Below, piece by piece: positions 38,741-49,157 of a stretch of 64,000 bases of DNA (positions are counted from its first letter, which is position 1; every line of letters starts with the position of its first letter). The translations under genes and the position numbers were made by a program. This stretch comes from Terrimicrobiaceae bacterium (GTDB taxonomy: Bacteria; Verrucomicrobiota; Verrucomicrobiia; Chthoniobacterales; Terrimicrobiaceae). Below the pieces are notes generated by a model, which searched no databases, was not told where the DNA came from, and saw nothing but the letters and a program-made list of their open reading frames with translations. The stretch lies in the NCBI GenBank assembly GCA_036525415.1, contig DATDAL010000025.1:11038-75037 (forward strand), given 5' to 3'.

Positions 38741-38901
38741 ACTTTCCATCCCGCTTCGAGTTGCAGGGCCGCCGTAAACAATGCTTCCGGTGTCACCGCC
38801 CCATCCTGTTCCCCCTAGCCGAGATTTACAAGGGCCGGCAATGAGGCCTTTATTCCTCGCCTGCCGCGCGCGCCCGCGCGCCTCTTTCAAAATAGAATCA
38901 T

Positions 38902-39651
38902 ATGCGATCACCCATTTCTGACACCGGGGAGCCTTCATTTATCAATCACTTTACGAGAGGCGCGCCACTATCGTCGGAAATGCGGGGTAAAATGGCTCAA
39001 CGATTGTTCGCCATGTTTAGACACCTCAGGTTCACATTCATCTTTAGACGATATAGGTCATTTACTATGGTACCAAAGACAAGTTATCTAAGTAATCTTG
39101 AGCTATGTTGGCGCTTTCGCGCTGTAAAAGGGTGTGTAATAGAATGCGGAACATGGCGTGGCGGTATGATTGCCGGAATGGTTGATATACTTGGAAAGGA
39201 CAGGCCCTATCATCTTTTTGACAGCTTTGAAGGTCTGCCCCAGGTAAAAGCGATTGACGGGCCTGAGGCAAAAGCGTGGCAAGACGATAGACAGGGTGAA
39301 TACTATTTTGATAATTGCTTGGCCCATGAAGCAGAGGCCAGTAAGGCAATGACTGTCTCAAAAGCTACCAATTATACAATCCATAAAGGATGGTTCAATG
39401 CGACATTAACTGATTTTCAAGCGGAAGATGGCATTGCAACACTACGCCTTGACGCCGATTGGTACGAGTCTACTATCGAATGCTTAGAGTATCTGTTTCC
39501 ACAAGTTAATAAAGGTGGCTTGATTTTAATAGATGATTATTGCGCTTGGGAGGGATGTTCAAAAGCTGTTCATGACTATCTATCTCAACAGAAGTCACCC
39601 TGTAGAATATCTTCTTACAAAGGTGTCTCCTATATAAAAAAGGTGACATGA
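38902..39651 (+). CDS. TylF/MycF-family (macrocin-type) sugar O-methyltransferase
   Basis: Motifs: GCVIECGTWRGGMIAGM, FDSFEGLPQ, LRLDADWYESTIECLEYLFPQVNKGGLILIDDY. Hand counts give 42 and 45 G+C per 100 nt. The true start may be an internal Met. Confidence 0.8.
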   Translation: MRSPISDTGEPSFINHFTRGAPLSSEMRGKMAQRLFAMFRHLRFTFIFRRYRSFTMVPKTSYLSNLELCWRFRAVKGCVIECGTWRGGMIAGMVDILGKDRPYHLFDSFEGLPQVKAIDGPEAKAWQDDRQGEYYFDNCLAHEAEASKAMTVSKATNYTIHKGWFNATLTDFQAEDGIATLRLDADWYESTIECLEYLFPQVNKGGLILIDDYCAWEGCSKAVHDYLSQQKSPCRISSYKGVSYIKKVT

Positions 39652-39867
39652 GCCAATCCACTGCGTCGGAGAAGCGGAACGTGGCGAGCGGATGTTGTCA
39701 AAACGTCGAATGGTCTCGGGCTCACTAAGGCGTTCTGGACGTCTTCTTCGTGACCCCGGATGGATCCTATGCGAGTATTTCATTTTGGCGTGTAATCCAG
39801 TTGGCCATTTGCGGTATTAAAAGTAGCCCAAACTGCAACTCTCACACAACCGAGATCGCAACGATAC

Positions 39868-40632
39868 ATGACTGCTATGAAACAGATTATCAAGAGCGCT
39901 TTTAATCTGCTTGGATTAGACGTTCGGAGAGCACCAGGTAGGCCGGGAAGCCAAACGCGCCCCATTGGCAGCATAAAGTGCTTTCTTGAAGATATCAAAT
40001 CACGGGGATTCCAACCGCGCGGAATAATTGACGTAGGTGCAAATCGCGGCGAGTGGACTCGCCTTGCTCTTAAGGTGTTTCCGCGCACTCCGGTGATGAT
40101 GATTGAACCGCAGGAGGAGATGGATGCTCCACTCTCGCTGCTGGTCTCCGAGATGCCATTCTGCAACTACGTAAAGGCCGGCGCAGGAAGCGAGGACGGC
40201 GAACTCATGCAGACAATATGGGACGACCTTGCCGGGTCCTCGTTCTTGCCAGAGGTTGATGCCGCGAAGCTCGCGATAGGGAAGCAGCGAAAGACCAGGA
40301 TTGTAGCGATCGACCATTTGCTGTCAGCCTCTTACAAGAATTTTCATCCGGACCTTGTAAAGCTCGATATCCAAGGCTTCGAACTTGAAGCCCTGCGAGG
40401 TGCGAAGTTACTCTTTGGCAGAACTGAGATCTTCATCCTCGAAGCTTCTCTATTTCACTTCTCCAAAGAGACTCCAACCGCTCGCGAGATTATTACATTC
40501 ATGGCGGATCGCGGATATGAGCTGTACGACATAACCGAGTACTTGCGGAGACCGTACGACGGCGCGCTCGGCCAAGTAGATCTCGCATTCGCCAAGATTC
40601 ATGGACACTTCCGTATCGAATCGGCATGGTAA
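39868..40632 (+). CDS. FkbM-family methyltransferase
   Basis: 254 aa. Motifs: IIDVGANRGEWT and LVKLDIQGFELEALRGA, the hallmarks of the Methyltransf_21/FkbM domain. Confidence 0.82.
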   Translation: MTAMKQIIKSAFNLLGLDVRRAPGRPGSQTRPIGSIKCFLEDIKSRGFQPRGIIDVGANRGEWTRLALKVFPRTPVMMIEPQEEMDAPLSLLVSEMPFCNYVKAGAGSEDGELMQTIWDDLAGSSFLPEVDAAKLAIGKQRKTRIVAIDHLLSASYKNFHPDLVKLDIQGFELEALRGAKLLFGRTEIFILEASLFHFSKETPTAREIITFMADRGYELYDITEYLRRPYDGALGQVDLAFAKIHGHFRIESAW

Positions 40633-41582
40633 TGTGCAAAGTATCCGCTTTCCCTATCGAGGCAGTTGACTCGCCGTCGGAACGGCCTGGTCGTTGCCAC
40701 AACGCCGTGAGTACGGCAGGTCGGATCGGAATTGCTATCACGACCAAGGACCGATGGGCCGATCTCGCCATGACTTTGGACAGACTGGAAGCCTACGGAC
40801 TCGCCGGGACTGAGACAATCGTTATGGATGACGGCTCAGAACTGCCTGCACCGCAGAGTCTGATGACACGCTTTTCCTGGGTCCGATTCGAAAGATCCCC
40901 TTTTTCGCTGGGGTATGTTGTTCAAAGAAACCGCCTCGCCACGATGCTCTCAACGCCACTGTATCTGAGTCTGGACGATGACTCCTTCCCGATCCATGGC
41001 GAACTGGTCAAGGCGGGCGAATGGCTCGAAGAACGTCCGGACGCCGTCGGCCTCGCCTTTCCTATTTTGGAAACGGGCAACGAAGCAGAAATTCTTGCAC
41101 TACTCTCAGTTCCTCCGTATCCAGTGAGACTCTTTGTAGGCTGTGCCCATCTACTGAAGCGGGAACTCTTTCTTAAACTCGGCGGCTACTGGGAATTCCT
41201 ACATTACTATTGTGAGGAGCCCGAGTTCACAATCCGCGCATGGAAGCAGTCTTACTGCATTTATCACTATCCTTCGGTTACCATCAAGCATAATAAGTCT
41301 GCCGTTCAACGAAATGTTGCAAAGTCTATCCGTTATTGGACGAGAAACGAATTGTGGCTCAAGGCGCTTCACTATCCCCTGCCATTCTTTATCATTAATG
41401 TTATTACATTGCTTCCGCACTTTCTTCGGACCTCCCCTAATCACCGTCGACATTTGGGAGTCACCTTGGTTGGGTTCTCTGAAGCCCTTTTCAAGCTTCC
41501 CTTCGTATGGAAACACCGTTCGCCTCTGAGTCTTGAGCAATTTTTGATCATGCGAAAGCGACCCTTGCCGTTGGTAAGGTGA
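40626..41582 (+). CDS. Family-2 glycosyltransferase (paralogue a of a 3-member in-locus family)
   Basis: 318 aa. Motifs: IGIAITTKDRWADLAMTLDRL, TIVMDDGS, YLSLDDDS (DxD), VGCAHLLKRELFLKLGGY. Homologous over its full length to 43375..44259 and 52933..53802. Confidence 0.8.
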   Translation: MVMCKVSAFPIEAVDSPSERPGRCHNAVSTAGRIGIAITTKDRWADLAMTLDRLEAYGLAGTETIVMDDGSELPAPQSLMTRFSWVRFERSPFSLGYVVQRNRLATMLSTPLYLSLDDDSFPIHGELVKAGEWLEERPDAVGLAFPILETGNEAEILALLSVPPYPVRLFVGCAHLLKRELFLKLGGYWEFLHYYCEEPEFTIRAWKQSYCIYHYPSVTIKHNKSAVQRNVAKSIRYWTRNELWLKALHYPLPFFIINVITLLPHFLRTSPNHRRHLGVTLVGFSEALFKLPFVWKHRSPLSLEQFLIMRKRPLPLVR

Positions 41583-41862
41583 GGGCGGGTTTGGTATCCA
41601 TGTCCCATTGCTGGTAACGTTGTCCGACAAGCCGAATCGAACACTTTGCAAGCGTAAACTCGGTTCGAGGGCCAAAACGTTGGGCTGCCAAATGCTCATT
41701 TGGAACGGCTTGATTCTGCGATCAATGGTCTGGGTCAAGCCTTGGCGGAGACGAGTCGCTACTTTCATGTAGAAAGGAAATCATTTCGATTCTCCCTTTA
41801 ATCCTTGTTGTCCTAGTTGCCCTCGGGTTGACCGCGATCCTCAGAACCGCCGTTCCCTCTAC

Positions 41863-43221
41863 ATGGGGGTTGTTGTCTGGCCAGCGATGAATGCATCTGT
41901 ATCGTCCCGTCATCAGGCGTGTTCTACGCCGGCAATCAATAGATGGAGCATTGTCGTCTTTCTCATCGGGGCAGCAAACCCCTTCACAGTGTCGGTTGTC
42001 GGAAAGGTGCCTGTATCCGAACTGATCATATCGGTCGTCCTTCTTTGGTTGTCCCTTCTGGTTGCAACGAATCATCGAGTCTCGGGAAGTCTGTTTCGGC
42101 TCAACCTCTTCTGGGTGCTCGCCGGCGCTCAATTGCTTTCCTTGTCTGGTTATATCGTTTCCGATCTCATCCGCGAGTCGGAGTTACACGATGCGTTACG
42201 CGGCTGGGCTAGGTGCGCATTCCTGCTAGGCGACACAGTCGCAATGGTGTACTTGATTGAACGATCGATATGGTTCCTTCCTTCCTATTTGCTAGGCTGC
42301 GCCGTTGGGCAGTCTGCATTCACGCTCCTTATCGGGCCCCTTGCCAATGACTACTGGAAGTTTGGCTTCGGAATGCCCCTTACTTTGATTGCATTGCTTG
42401 CGGCATCGTGCTTCGGACTATGGCCATCAGTGATCACCGCGATGACGATGGCATTTGTGCATCTTTCGCTGGACTTCCGAAGTATGTCGGCTCTTTGTGT
42501 CATCGTCGGAGCGGCTCTTACTGTGGGCGTCATCCCGCAGCGGCTACGAGCCCTCTTCCTCAGCGTTGGCGGCGTAGCGCTGCTCGTGCTGATAGGCGTC
42601 ATGGTCCTGCACTCCGGAGAAACGTCGACTCGGGCCCAGCGATCAAACATCATCCGGCAGGCAATGATGCAGGCGGCCGGCGAAGCGTTTCTAAAGTCTC
42701 CATGGATCGGACAGGGCTCTTGGTTCAGCAAATCCGACGTCGTGAGCAATTTCGAGGCGATACGCTGGGACATGTCCCATCGTCTTGGCGGCGGCCATGG
42801 ATTTGCAAGAGAAGGGGATGAGGACGTCGCCGTTCACTCAGAGATTCTTGCCTCTCTAGCGGAAGGAGGCATCCTTGGAGGGGGGTTCTTTGTCCTCTAT
42901 CTTGCGTACATAATTTGGGCGCTGATTATCACGTCGCTGCGCATGCGTTGGAATGCCTCAAAGCCCGCCACCCTGTTCATACTTCTCGGAGCCTTGTGCG
43001 GCGTTCTCTTCAACCCTTATTCTGGTAGCGAACGGGTAGGAATCTCCCTCACTGTTGCCCTAATTCTCCTGTTGCGCTCTGACTTCGTCTCTGTCCGTTC
43101 TGTTGCGAACACCAGTTCAATCGACATTTCCTCCCGCTGCCTTCGGAACAGCTTGATGTCAAGAAACGGCGAAGGCTTAAGGGACCAGCGGCAAATGTCA
43201 AGCTCCCGGCTTTCGATATAG
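41863..43221 (+). CDS. wzy: O-antigen/EPS polymerase or ligase-like membrane protein (Wzy family)
   Basis: 452 aa with at least 10 hydrophobic helices. A large loop carries HSEILASLAEGGILGG, resembling the Wzy_C/O-antigen-ligase motif (H..L...aE.G..G). Confidence 0.72.
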   Translation: MGVVVWPAMNASVSSRHQACSTPAINRWSIVVFLIGAANPFTVSVVGKVPVSELIISVVLLWLSLLVATNHRVSGSLFRLNLFWVLAGAQLLSLSGYIVSDLIRESELHDALRGWARCAFLLGDTVAMVYLIERSIWFLPSYLLGCAVGQSAFTLLIGPLANDYWKFGFGMPLTLIALLAASCFGLWPSVITAMTMAFVHLSLDFRSMSALCVIVGAALTVGVIPQRLRALFLSVGGVALLVLIGVMVLHSGETSTRAQRSNIIRQAMMQAAGEAFLKSPWIGQGSWFSKSDVVSNFEAIRWDMSHRLGGGHGFAREGDEDVAVHSEILASLAEGGILGGGFFVLYLAYIIWALIITSLRMRWNASKPATLFILLGALCGVLFNPYSGSERVGISLTVALILLLRSDFVSVRSVANTSSIDISSRCLRNSLMSRNGEGLRDQRQMSSSRLSI

Positions 43222-43374
43222 GTAACGCTGGATTCGCCGCTCAGGCGCGCTAGAGTCCTAAAGGAAGGAAGGCTCACCGATACCGGGACATAGTTGCGAG
43301 ACCCTTTGGAAGTAGCTTGTGAAGTGAGACGCCTCTCGACGAGAACGTTCTAAGGCGTTCGTTCTTACCATACT

Positions 43375-44259
43375 ATGAGTAACACACCCTCCGACATCCA
43401 AGCGTCCATTGGCATAGGGATAACGACGAAAGACCGATGGGATTGTCTTGCCGTTACGCTGGAAAAGCTTCGCCAGCATAACTTGTCTGGTCTCGAAACA
43501 ATTGTCATCGACGATGGCTCAAACGAGCCAATGCCCACGGTGTTTCGAGAACGTTTCCCATGGGTGATGTTCGAGCGTTCTGAAAACTCGCGAGGCTATA
43601 TTGCGCAAAGGAACCGACTTGCTCACCTGCTGACTTCCCAACTCTATTTAAGCCTTGACGATGATTCGTACCCAAAGACCAATGCCCGCCTCGCCGACGC
43701 AGCCGCTTGGCTGATTGGCCAGCAGGACGCTGTCGCTCTTGCCTTTTCCATTCAGAGCCCTTCCGAAGAGGCGGAAGGTTTGACGCGTGCCGCGGCCCCA
43801 TATCCCGTCCGCTTCTATATTGGCTGTGCGCATATGTTGAAACGGGAGCTATTCTGTCATTTGGGCGGATATACCGAGTCATTGTTGCATTATGGTGAGG
43901 AAGTGGATTTCGCGTTGAAAGCATGGAAGCGGGGATTTCACGTTTACAAATACCCGTCGGTGGTTGTCTTCCACGATAGGAGTCCTATCGGCCGCAATGC
44001 CGCCAACGCCAATCGTCTTCTCACTCGAAACGAGATCTGGATCTCTTTCTGGCGAAGCCCGTATCCGATTTTATTTGTGCAGCTATTGATACGAGTGCCA
44101 AAAATGCTAAGATACAGGACCCACCGGCTTCAATGGAAAGCCGTTCTTCAGGGCTATTTTCACGCATTGTTCGGAGCTTTTCGCGTGGCGAAATATCGAG
44201 ATGCTCTGAGTGTGGAAAGGTATTGTGCTTGGTTAAGGAAGCCAATTGAACGGCACTGA
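43375..44259 (+). CDS. Family-2 glycosyltransferase (paralogue b)
   Basis: 294 aa. Motifs: IGIGITTKDRWDCLAVTLEKL, TIVIDDGS, YLSLDDDS, YIGCAHMLKRELFCHLGGYTES. Closest paralogue is 52933..53802. Confidence 0.85.
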   Translation: MSNTPSDIQASIGIGITTKDRWDCLAVTLEKLRQHNLSGLETIVIDDGSNEPMPTVFRERFPWVMFERSENSRGYIAQRNRLAHLLTSQLYLSLDDDSYPKTNARLADAAAWLIGQQDAVALAFSIQSPSEEAEGLTRAAAPYPVRFYIGCAHMLKRELFCHLGGYTESLLHYGEEVDFALKAWKRGFHVYKYPSVVVFHDRSPIGRNAANANRLLTRNEIWISFWRSPYPILFVQLLIRVPKMLRYRTHRLQWKAVLQGYFHALFGAFRVAKYRDALSVERYCAWLRKPIERH

Positions 44260-44430
44260 ACCTTTAATACAAGGCAGTACCCTGAGAACGTTTCTGATTC
44301 CCTCGCAGGGTGTGGCAGGTGTAACGGAGGGCGAGGCCGGGATGTGGGACGAGCGGGTAGGGGTTTGCGAAGATTATATTCGGATGGCACGACGTGCACC
44401 GTTTGGCACAGGGCCCTTCGGTAGAGGATT

Positions 44431-45597
44431 GTGAGAATCGCATACGTCTATCATCTTGATGCAGGGTCGCCTAGCGTCCAATCCGGACGACCCTTCGCGA
44501 TCCTTAGTGGACTGACCGAGGCTCAAACGTCTGTGCTACCGGTCTTTCCGCTTCGTCATAGGCACGTGTTTTCCCGCGCAGTAAGGAAACTCGCCGCGAG
44601 AATCCGGGGTGAGTCTTATCTATTTGACCGTGAGCCGCATTTACTACAAGGGTTTGCATGCGAGGCGTCCAGAAGGTTGCAAGGACAGGAATTTGACTTC
44701 GTCTTTAGCCCTTCGACACTTCCGCTAGTCTACTTGGAAACCGACAAGCCTCTCACCATCTGCGCTGATGCTACTTTTCAATCCATGCTGGATTACTACC
44801 CTTCGTTTACCGGTTTGGGCCGTGTCCAGTGGAAATTCTCAGAGGATGCGGAGCGTCGGGTATTGCAACGCGCGTCTCTACTGATCTACCCGTCGAAATG
44901 GGCTGCGGAATCGGCGATCTCCCATTATGGCGTGGCAGAGGAGCGCGTTGTCGTGCAGCCGTCCGGCGCGAATTTCGGTGCGAGGAACCGCCGTGAAGAT
45001 GCGATGCGGTGGATTTTTAGCCGGCACCCGGGCGAGATTCGTTTGCTTTTTGTCGGAAAGCATTGGAATCGCAAGGGAGGCGAGATTGCCTTCGATACCA
45101 TGCGTTTGTTGCGCGACTCAGGGGTGCGTAGTCGACTGGATATCGTGGGGTGCGCGCCTCCGGAGCATGCTGCGTCCCATGAGAATGTGCGAGTTCACGG
45201 GTTCTTGTGCATCGGCGACGAAGCGCAACGCAAAAAGTTGGAGTCCCTTTTCGCACAGGCTCACTTTTTGCTTCTCCCATCGCGGGCGGAGGCGTACGGA
45301 ATGATTTTCTGTGAGGCCAATGCGTTTGGCGTCCCCGCAATTTCCACCGACACCGGAGGGATCTCGACAATAATCCGCGATGGCATTAATGGTTACAAGC
45401 TTCCGCTTGAGGCGGGCGCCGTAGAATATGCAACTTTGATCGCCGAGATTGCCGGTGATACGGTCCGCTATCAAAATCTTGCTCAAAGCTCCTTTGGCGA
45501 ATTTGAATCAAGGCTGAACTGGAAAAAATGGATCGAGACCTATCTGAAAGTCGTCAGCAGGATCGTCACGAATCGACCCATCACAGTTGATGTGTGA
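44431..45597 (+). CDS. Family-4 (GT-B) glycosyltransferase
   Basis: 388 aa. N-terminus MRIAYV. EX7E motif in PSRAEAYGMIFCEANAFGVPAISTDTGG. Paralogous to 49158..50360. GTG start. Confidence 0.85.
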   Translation: MRIAYVYHLDAGSPSVQSGRPFAILSGLTEAQTSVLPVFPLRHRHVFSRAVRKLAARIRGESYLFDREPHLLQGFACEASRRLQGQEFDFVFSPSTLPLVYLETDKPLTICADATFQSMLDYYPSFTGLGRVQWKFSEDAERRVLQRASLLIYPSKWAAESAISHYGVAEERVVVQPSGANFGARNRREDAMRWIFSRHPGEIRLLFVGKHWNRKGGEIAFDTMRLLRDSGVRSRLDIVGCAPPEHAASHENVRVHGFLCIGDEAQRKKLESLFAQAHFLLLPSRAEAYGMIFCEANAFGVPAISTDTGGISTIIRDGINGYKLPLEAGAVEYATLIAEIAGDTVRYQNLAQSSFGEFESRLNWKKWIETYLKVVSRIVTNRPITVDV

Positions 45598-46478
45598 TGG
45601 GCGATTCGGACAGGAGGAAGTCCGCGAGGCGCTCGTGCATTTTGTCAATTGAAAGAATGAGACTCCTGATTATCACTCCCACTCTAGGCCAATCGCCTCA
45701 CTTGGACGATGCTGTAGAATGTATCAATCGCTTAGACATCTCAGTCCATCATATTATTTCCTGTCCGCATGCCCGGATGTCCGACCTGAAGACGCGCTTT
45801 CCGCAATCACGTGTAGTGTGTGATCGGGGAGAACGAGCGGGAATTTACGGTGCCATCAATGCAGGTCTGGCTGCTGCGCAGGAACCGTGGGACTTTTTCA
45901 CCTACCTCAATGATGATGACCTCTTGGGCAAGGACTTCACAACGATGTTCAAGCGCCACGGTGTCCAACGGAATCTGAATACCGTCGGGTTTGGATGCAT
46001 TTCAAACATTGACCGATGGGGGCGGAAACTGATGGGAATGACGGTAGGGCCGGATGTAAGGCAGTATCCCGCCTTGCTTCAGATCGGAATCAGCCCGGCC
46101 GGTCAGCAAGGGATGATTTTTGGCCGAGAGGTTGTCGAGGCGATCGGGTTGTACTCGACACGTTACAAGGTGTGCGGGGACTTAGACTATTGGTGCAGAG
46201 CGATGGCTGCCAGATTTCGCTTCGTCTTCTATCCGCTCGAGGTTGGACAATTCCGTGTGCACGAAGGGCAAATCTCGGGAGATGTATCTACACTGCGCGA
46301 GGAACTCAGGTTGGTGACGAACGCCAACTTTCCAAAGCAGACCGCGTTTCTGTGGAAACAGTGGGCTAAGATCGCGTTTCGATTTTACAATTTGCGCAGG
46401 TATTCGGAGCGAATCCTTAAATATGGTTTCAAGAGCAGCTATCAATTGTTGGAGTCCGGCAGCCAAGATGCCACTTGA
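45594..46478 (+). CDS. Family-2 glycosyltransferase (distinct subfamily)
   Basis: Motifs: LLIITPTLGQSPHLDDAVECI and YLNDDD (DxD). The start overlaps the upstream stop (GTGATG); an alternative ATG lies at 45657. Confidence 0.72.
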   Translation: MMGDSDRRKSARRSCILSIERMRLLIITPTLGQSPHLDDAVECINRLDISVHHIISCPHARMSDLKTRFPQSRVVCDRGERAGIYGAINAGLAAAQEPWDFFTYLNDDDLLGKDFTTMFKRHGVQRNLNTVGFGCISNIDRWGRKLMGMTVGPDVRQYPALLQIGISPAGQQGMIFGREVVEAIGLYSTRYKVCGDLDYWCRAMAARFRFVFYPLEVGQFRVHEGQISGDVSTLREELRLVTNANFPKQTAFLWKQWAKIAFRFYNLRRYSERILKYGFKSSYQLLESGSQDAT

Positions 46479-47709
46479 TTCCCGCGCGGAGGTTGTCATT
46501 CTCAATGACAATACAGTCTTCAACGGTGGTGCCTCCAACGTGGCGCTGCAAAGCGCGATCGCCCTTGCGACTTGCGGGACTAAGGTGACGCTGTTTACAA
46601 GCGTCGGCCCTATCGCGCCGCAAATTCAGAACCGGACGAACCTCGATGTGGTTTGCATGCAACAGCATGAGATCATTGATGACCCAAACCGCCTACGTTC
46701 TTTCGTTCAGGGAATTTGGAATCGGAAGGCTATGCACGAGTTGGACAATCTGCTCGCAGCGAAGGATCCGACGCGAACGATCATTCATGTCCACATGTGG
46801 ATGAAGGCGCTCTCACCGGGCGCGATTGCAGTCGCCCTAAAAAGGGGTTTCCGGGTTGTTCTCACGCTGCATGATTTCTTTGCGGTTTGCCCCTCCGGTA
46901 CTTTCTATGTTCATCGCAAGAGGACGGTTTGTGAAAGAAAGCCTTTGTCCGCGTCGTGTCTCACCTGCAACTGCGACCGGCGCGCCTATGTACACAAGCT
47001 CTGGCGCTTCGCCCGAACCGCTGTTCAAAACAACTGGTTCAAGATTGCCACGAGGATCCACCATTACATCGGCGTCTCGCAGTTCAGCGTAGACGTCATT
47101 CGGCGCTATCTCCCGATAAAGGTGCCGGTTACTGTCGTACGAAATCCTGTGGATTGCCAGGACGCTGGGCCGGCGAAGGTCGGCGAGAACAACGCTTTCA
47201 TATTCGTCGGACGCTTTGTGCCTGAGAAGGGCGCTGACGTCTTTGCGGATGCGGCCCATAGTGCGAAGGTACCTGCGCTCTTCGTAGGTGGCGGCGTACT
47301 CGAGTCTGATCTACGGCGGAGGTGTCCGACTGGCGAATTCACCGGCTGGCTTCCCGCCCAGCAAGTCACAGCGTTGCTCCGGCGCGCTCGTGCTCTTGTC
47401 TTTCCCTCGCTCTGGTATGAAACCCTTGGTCTCTCTGCAATCGAAGCGATGGCTAACGGCGTGCCCGTGATTATTTCGGACAGGTCTGCCCCTTCGGATT
47501 TCGTGAAACACGAGCATTCCGGACTTCACTTTCAAACAGGCTCTGTGGAATCGCTCGTGAGACAAATGCGCCGTCTCGGCACTTCAAGTTTCGCGGCGTC
47601 CCTTGGGCAGAATGCCTACAACTGGTATTGGAAGAATCCCTGGACAACTGCCGCGCATGTGGAGGAGCTCCTTTCGGTTTATCAGCGAGTGCTTCGAACC
47701 GCGCCATGA
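46468..47709 (+). CDS. Family-4 (GT-B) glycosyltransferase
   Basis: Motifs: VVILNDNTVFNGGAS and FVGRFVPEKG, with EX7E in PSLWYETLGLSAIEAMANGVPVI. The ORF is open from 46423. Confidence 0.85.
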   Translation: MPLDSRAEVVILNDNTVFNGGASNVALQSAIALATCGTKVTLFTSVGPIAPQIQNRTNLDVVCMQQHEIIDDPNRLRSFVQGIWNRKAMHELDNLLAAKDPTRTIIHVHMWMKALSPGAIAVALKRGFRVVLTLHDFFAVCPSGTFYVHRKRTVCERKPLSASCLTCNCDRRAYVHKLWRFARTAVQNNWFKIATRIHHYIGVSQFSVDVIRRYLPIKVPVTVVRNPVDCQDAGPAKVGENNAFIFVGRFVPEKGADVFADAAHSAKVPALFVGGGVLESDLRRRCPTGEFTGWLPAQQVTALLRRARALVFPSLWYETLGLSAIEAMANGVPVIISDRSAPSDFVKHEHSGLHFQTGSVESLVRQMRRLGTSSFAASLGQNAYNWYWKNPWTTAAHVEELLSVYQRVLRTAP

Positions 47710-48905
47710 AACGTCGCCCGGGCCTTCTACCGTGCGGCTTATGCTCTCGAGTTCTCATCGTAAGCGAACCGGGCGCGGACGGTGTCTTTCGCCACGTCGA
47801 GGCCTTGGTCGGCTACCTCATAAAAAGAGGAATAGAAGTTGACCTCGCCTACTCTAACGTGCGAGACGGTCCGGAGCTTTATGCGCTAGTTCAACGGGTG
47901 GAATCTCACTGCGGGAAGACGCTCAATTTACAAACCGGAAATCGACCTTGCGCGCGCGACGGGTTGGCTTTAGTCGAGCTTTGGCGCCTTGCTCTTGAAA
48001 GGCAACCAGAGGTTATTCATGCGCATAGTTCAAAAGCGGGAGTGCTTGCTAGGTCTCTCAGGTTTTTCGGTATTCAATGTCCGATTTTTTACACTCCCCA
48101 CGCCTATTTCGGAATGGGAAACCATCGAAAGAGCGTCCGCTTATTCAGCCTGATCGAAAGAGTATTTTCCCGCTTAGGTATTACGATACAAACATCGAAG
48201 ACAGAGGCGCTTTTCGGACACGAGAGGATTGGAGTTCCTAAGAATCGTCAGGTGATCATTCCCAATGGGGTCGACTGTGATGCCTTTCAGCCTGCCACGA
48301 TATTGAGGCGTCGAGAAGTCCGACGGCGCATGAACATTCCGGAGAATGCCGTGGTCCTCGGTTCGGTCGCGCGTTACTCTTTGCAGAAGGATCCGCTGAC
48401 CCTGCATGCGGCAGTCCGCGAGCTGCTTGCGCGACACGAATCGATTTGGTTTGTCCATGTTGGAAAGGGCGAACTCTGGAATGATGTCGATGCTCTCGGG
48501 CCTCCTATGCCTCGAGTCGTTCGTCTGCCTTCTTTCCATCCCATGTCGGATTTCTACCAGGCCTTGGATTGCTTCGTTCTGGCCTCCCGTTATGAGGGCC
48601 TATCGCTCGCCGTACTGGAAGCTCTTGCGACCGGTCTTCCCCTGATTCTGAGCCGGGTTCCTGGCAACTGGGATCTTGATTTCTTTGCGCTGAACGGTGT
48701 TCATTGGACCGAAGCTGGAAACGTGGCCGATCTGGCGCGAACAATCGACGACTGGATCGGTATCGCTCGGATGGCCACAAATCACCGCGAAGTGGCTTTA
48801 GATCATTTCCAGCAGAACTCGTGTTTTGATCGCATCGTGGAAGAGTACCAAAAGTCCTTGCACCCGCACAGGTCGAGGCGAGAGGAATTGGCGTTTCGTC
48901 CGTGA
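47706..48905 (+). CDS. Family-4 (GT-B) glycosyltransferase
   Basis: ATGA overlap with the upstream gene. Motifs: VSEPGADGVFRHVEAL and EX7E in ASRYEGLSLAVLEALATGLPLI. The ORF is open from 47628. Confidence 0.85.
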   Translation: MKRRPGLLPCGLCSRVLIVSEPGADGVFRHVEALVGYLIKRGIEVDLAYSNVRDGPELYALVQRVESHCGKTLNLQTGNRPCARDGLALVELWRLALERQPEVIHAHSSKAGVLARSLRFFGIQCPIFYTPHAYFGMGNHRKSVRLFSLIERVFSRLGITIQTSKTEALFGHERIGVPKNRQVIIPNGVDCDAFQPATILRRREVRRRMNIPENAVVLGSVARYSLQKDPLTLHAAVRELLARHESIWFVHVGKGELWNDVDALGPPMPRVVRLPSFHPMSDFYQALDCFVLASRYEGLSLAVLEALATGLPLILSRVPGNWDLDFFALNGVHWTEAGNVADLARTIDDWIGIARMATNHREVALDHFQQNSCFDRIVEEYQKSLHPHRSRREELAFRP

Positions 48906-49157
48906 CAACAGGTTAATACAAGAATGCTTCAAGTTGGCGTATCGCAAATCCAACGATCACAGGCAGAAGCTGGATGAGATCCTAAGCATTTGTACCCAGG
49001 TGGTCTCCGCTACCACATGCAGAAGCTTTTGTCTCACTCAACCCATACCTTAAGGTAGACAGGATGCTCGGCATGTGAACCCCGTCAGATCATCTGGAGA
49101 TCTACCGTATCGCCTGGTCGAACGGTGGCGTTGGCCACCGACTTGTTGACCCAACAA

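Noticed and set aside
38863-38882. Alternating GC tract GCCGCGCGCGCCCGCGCGCC
   Set aside because: It is short and single-copy. I noted it only as a marker of the GC-to-AT compositional boundary, not as a repeat array or CRISPR.
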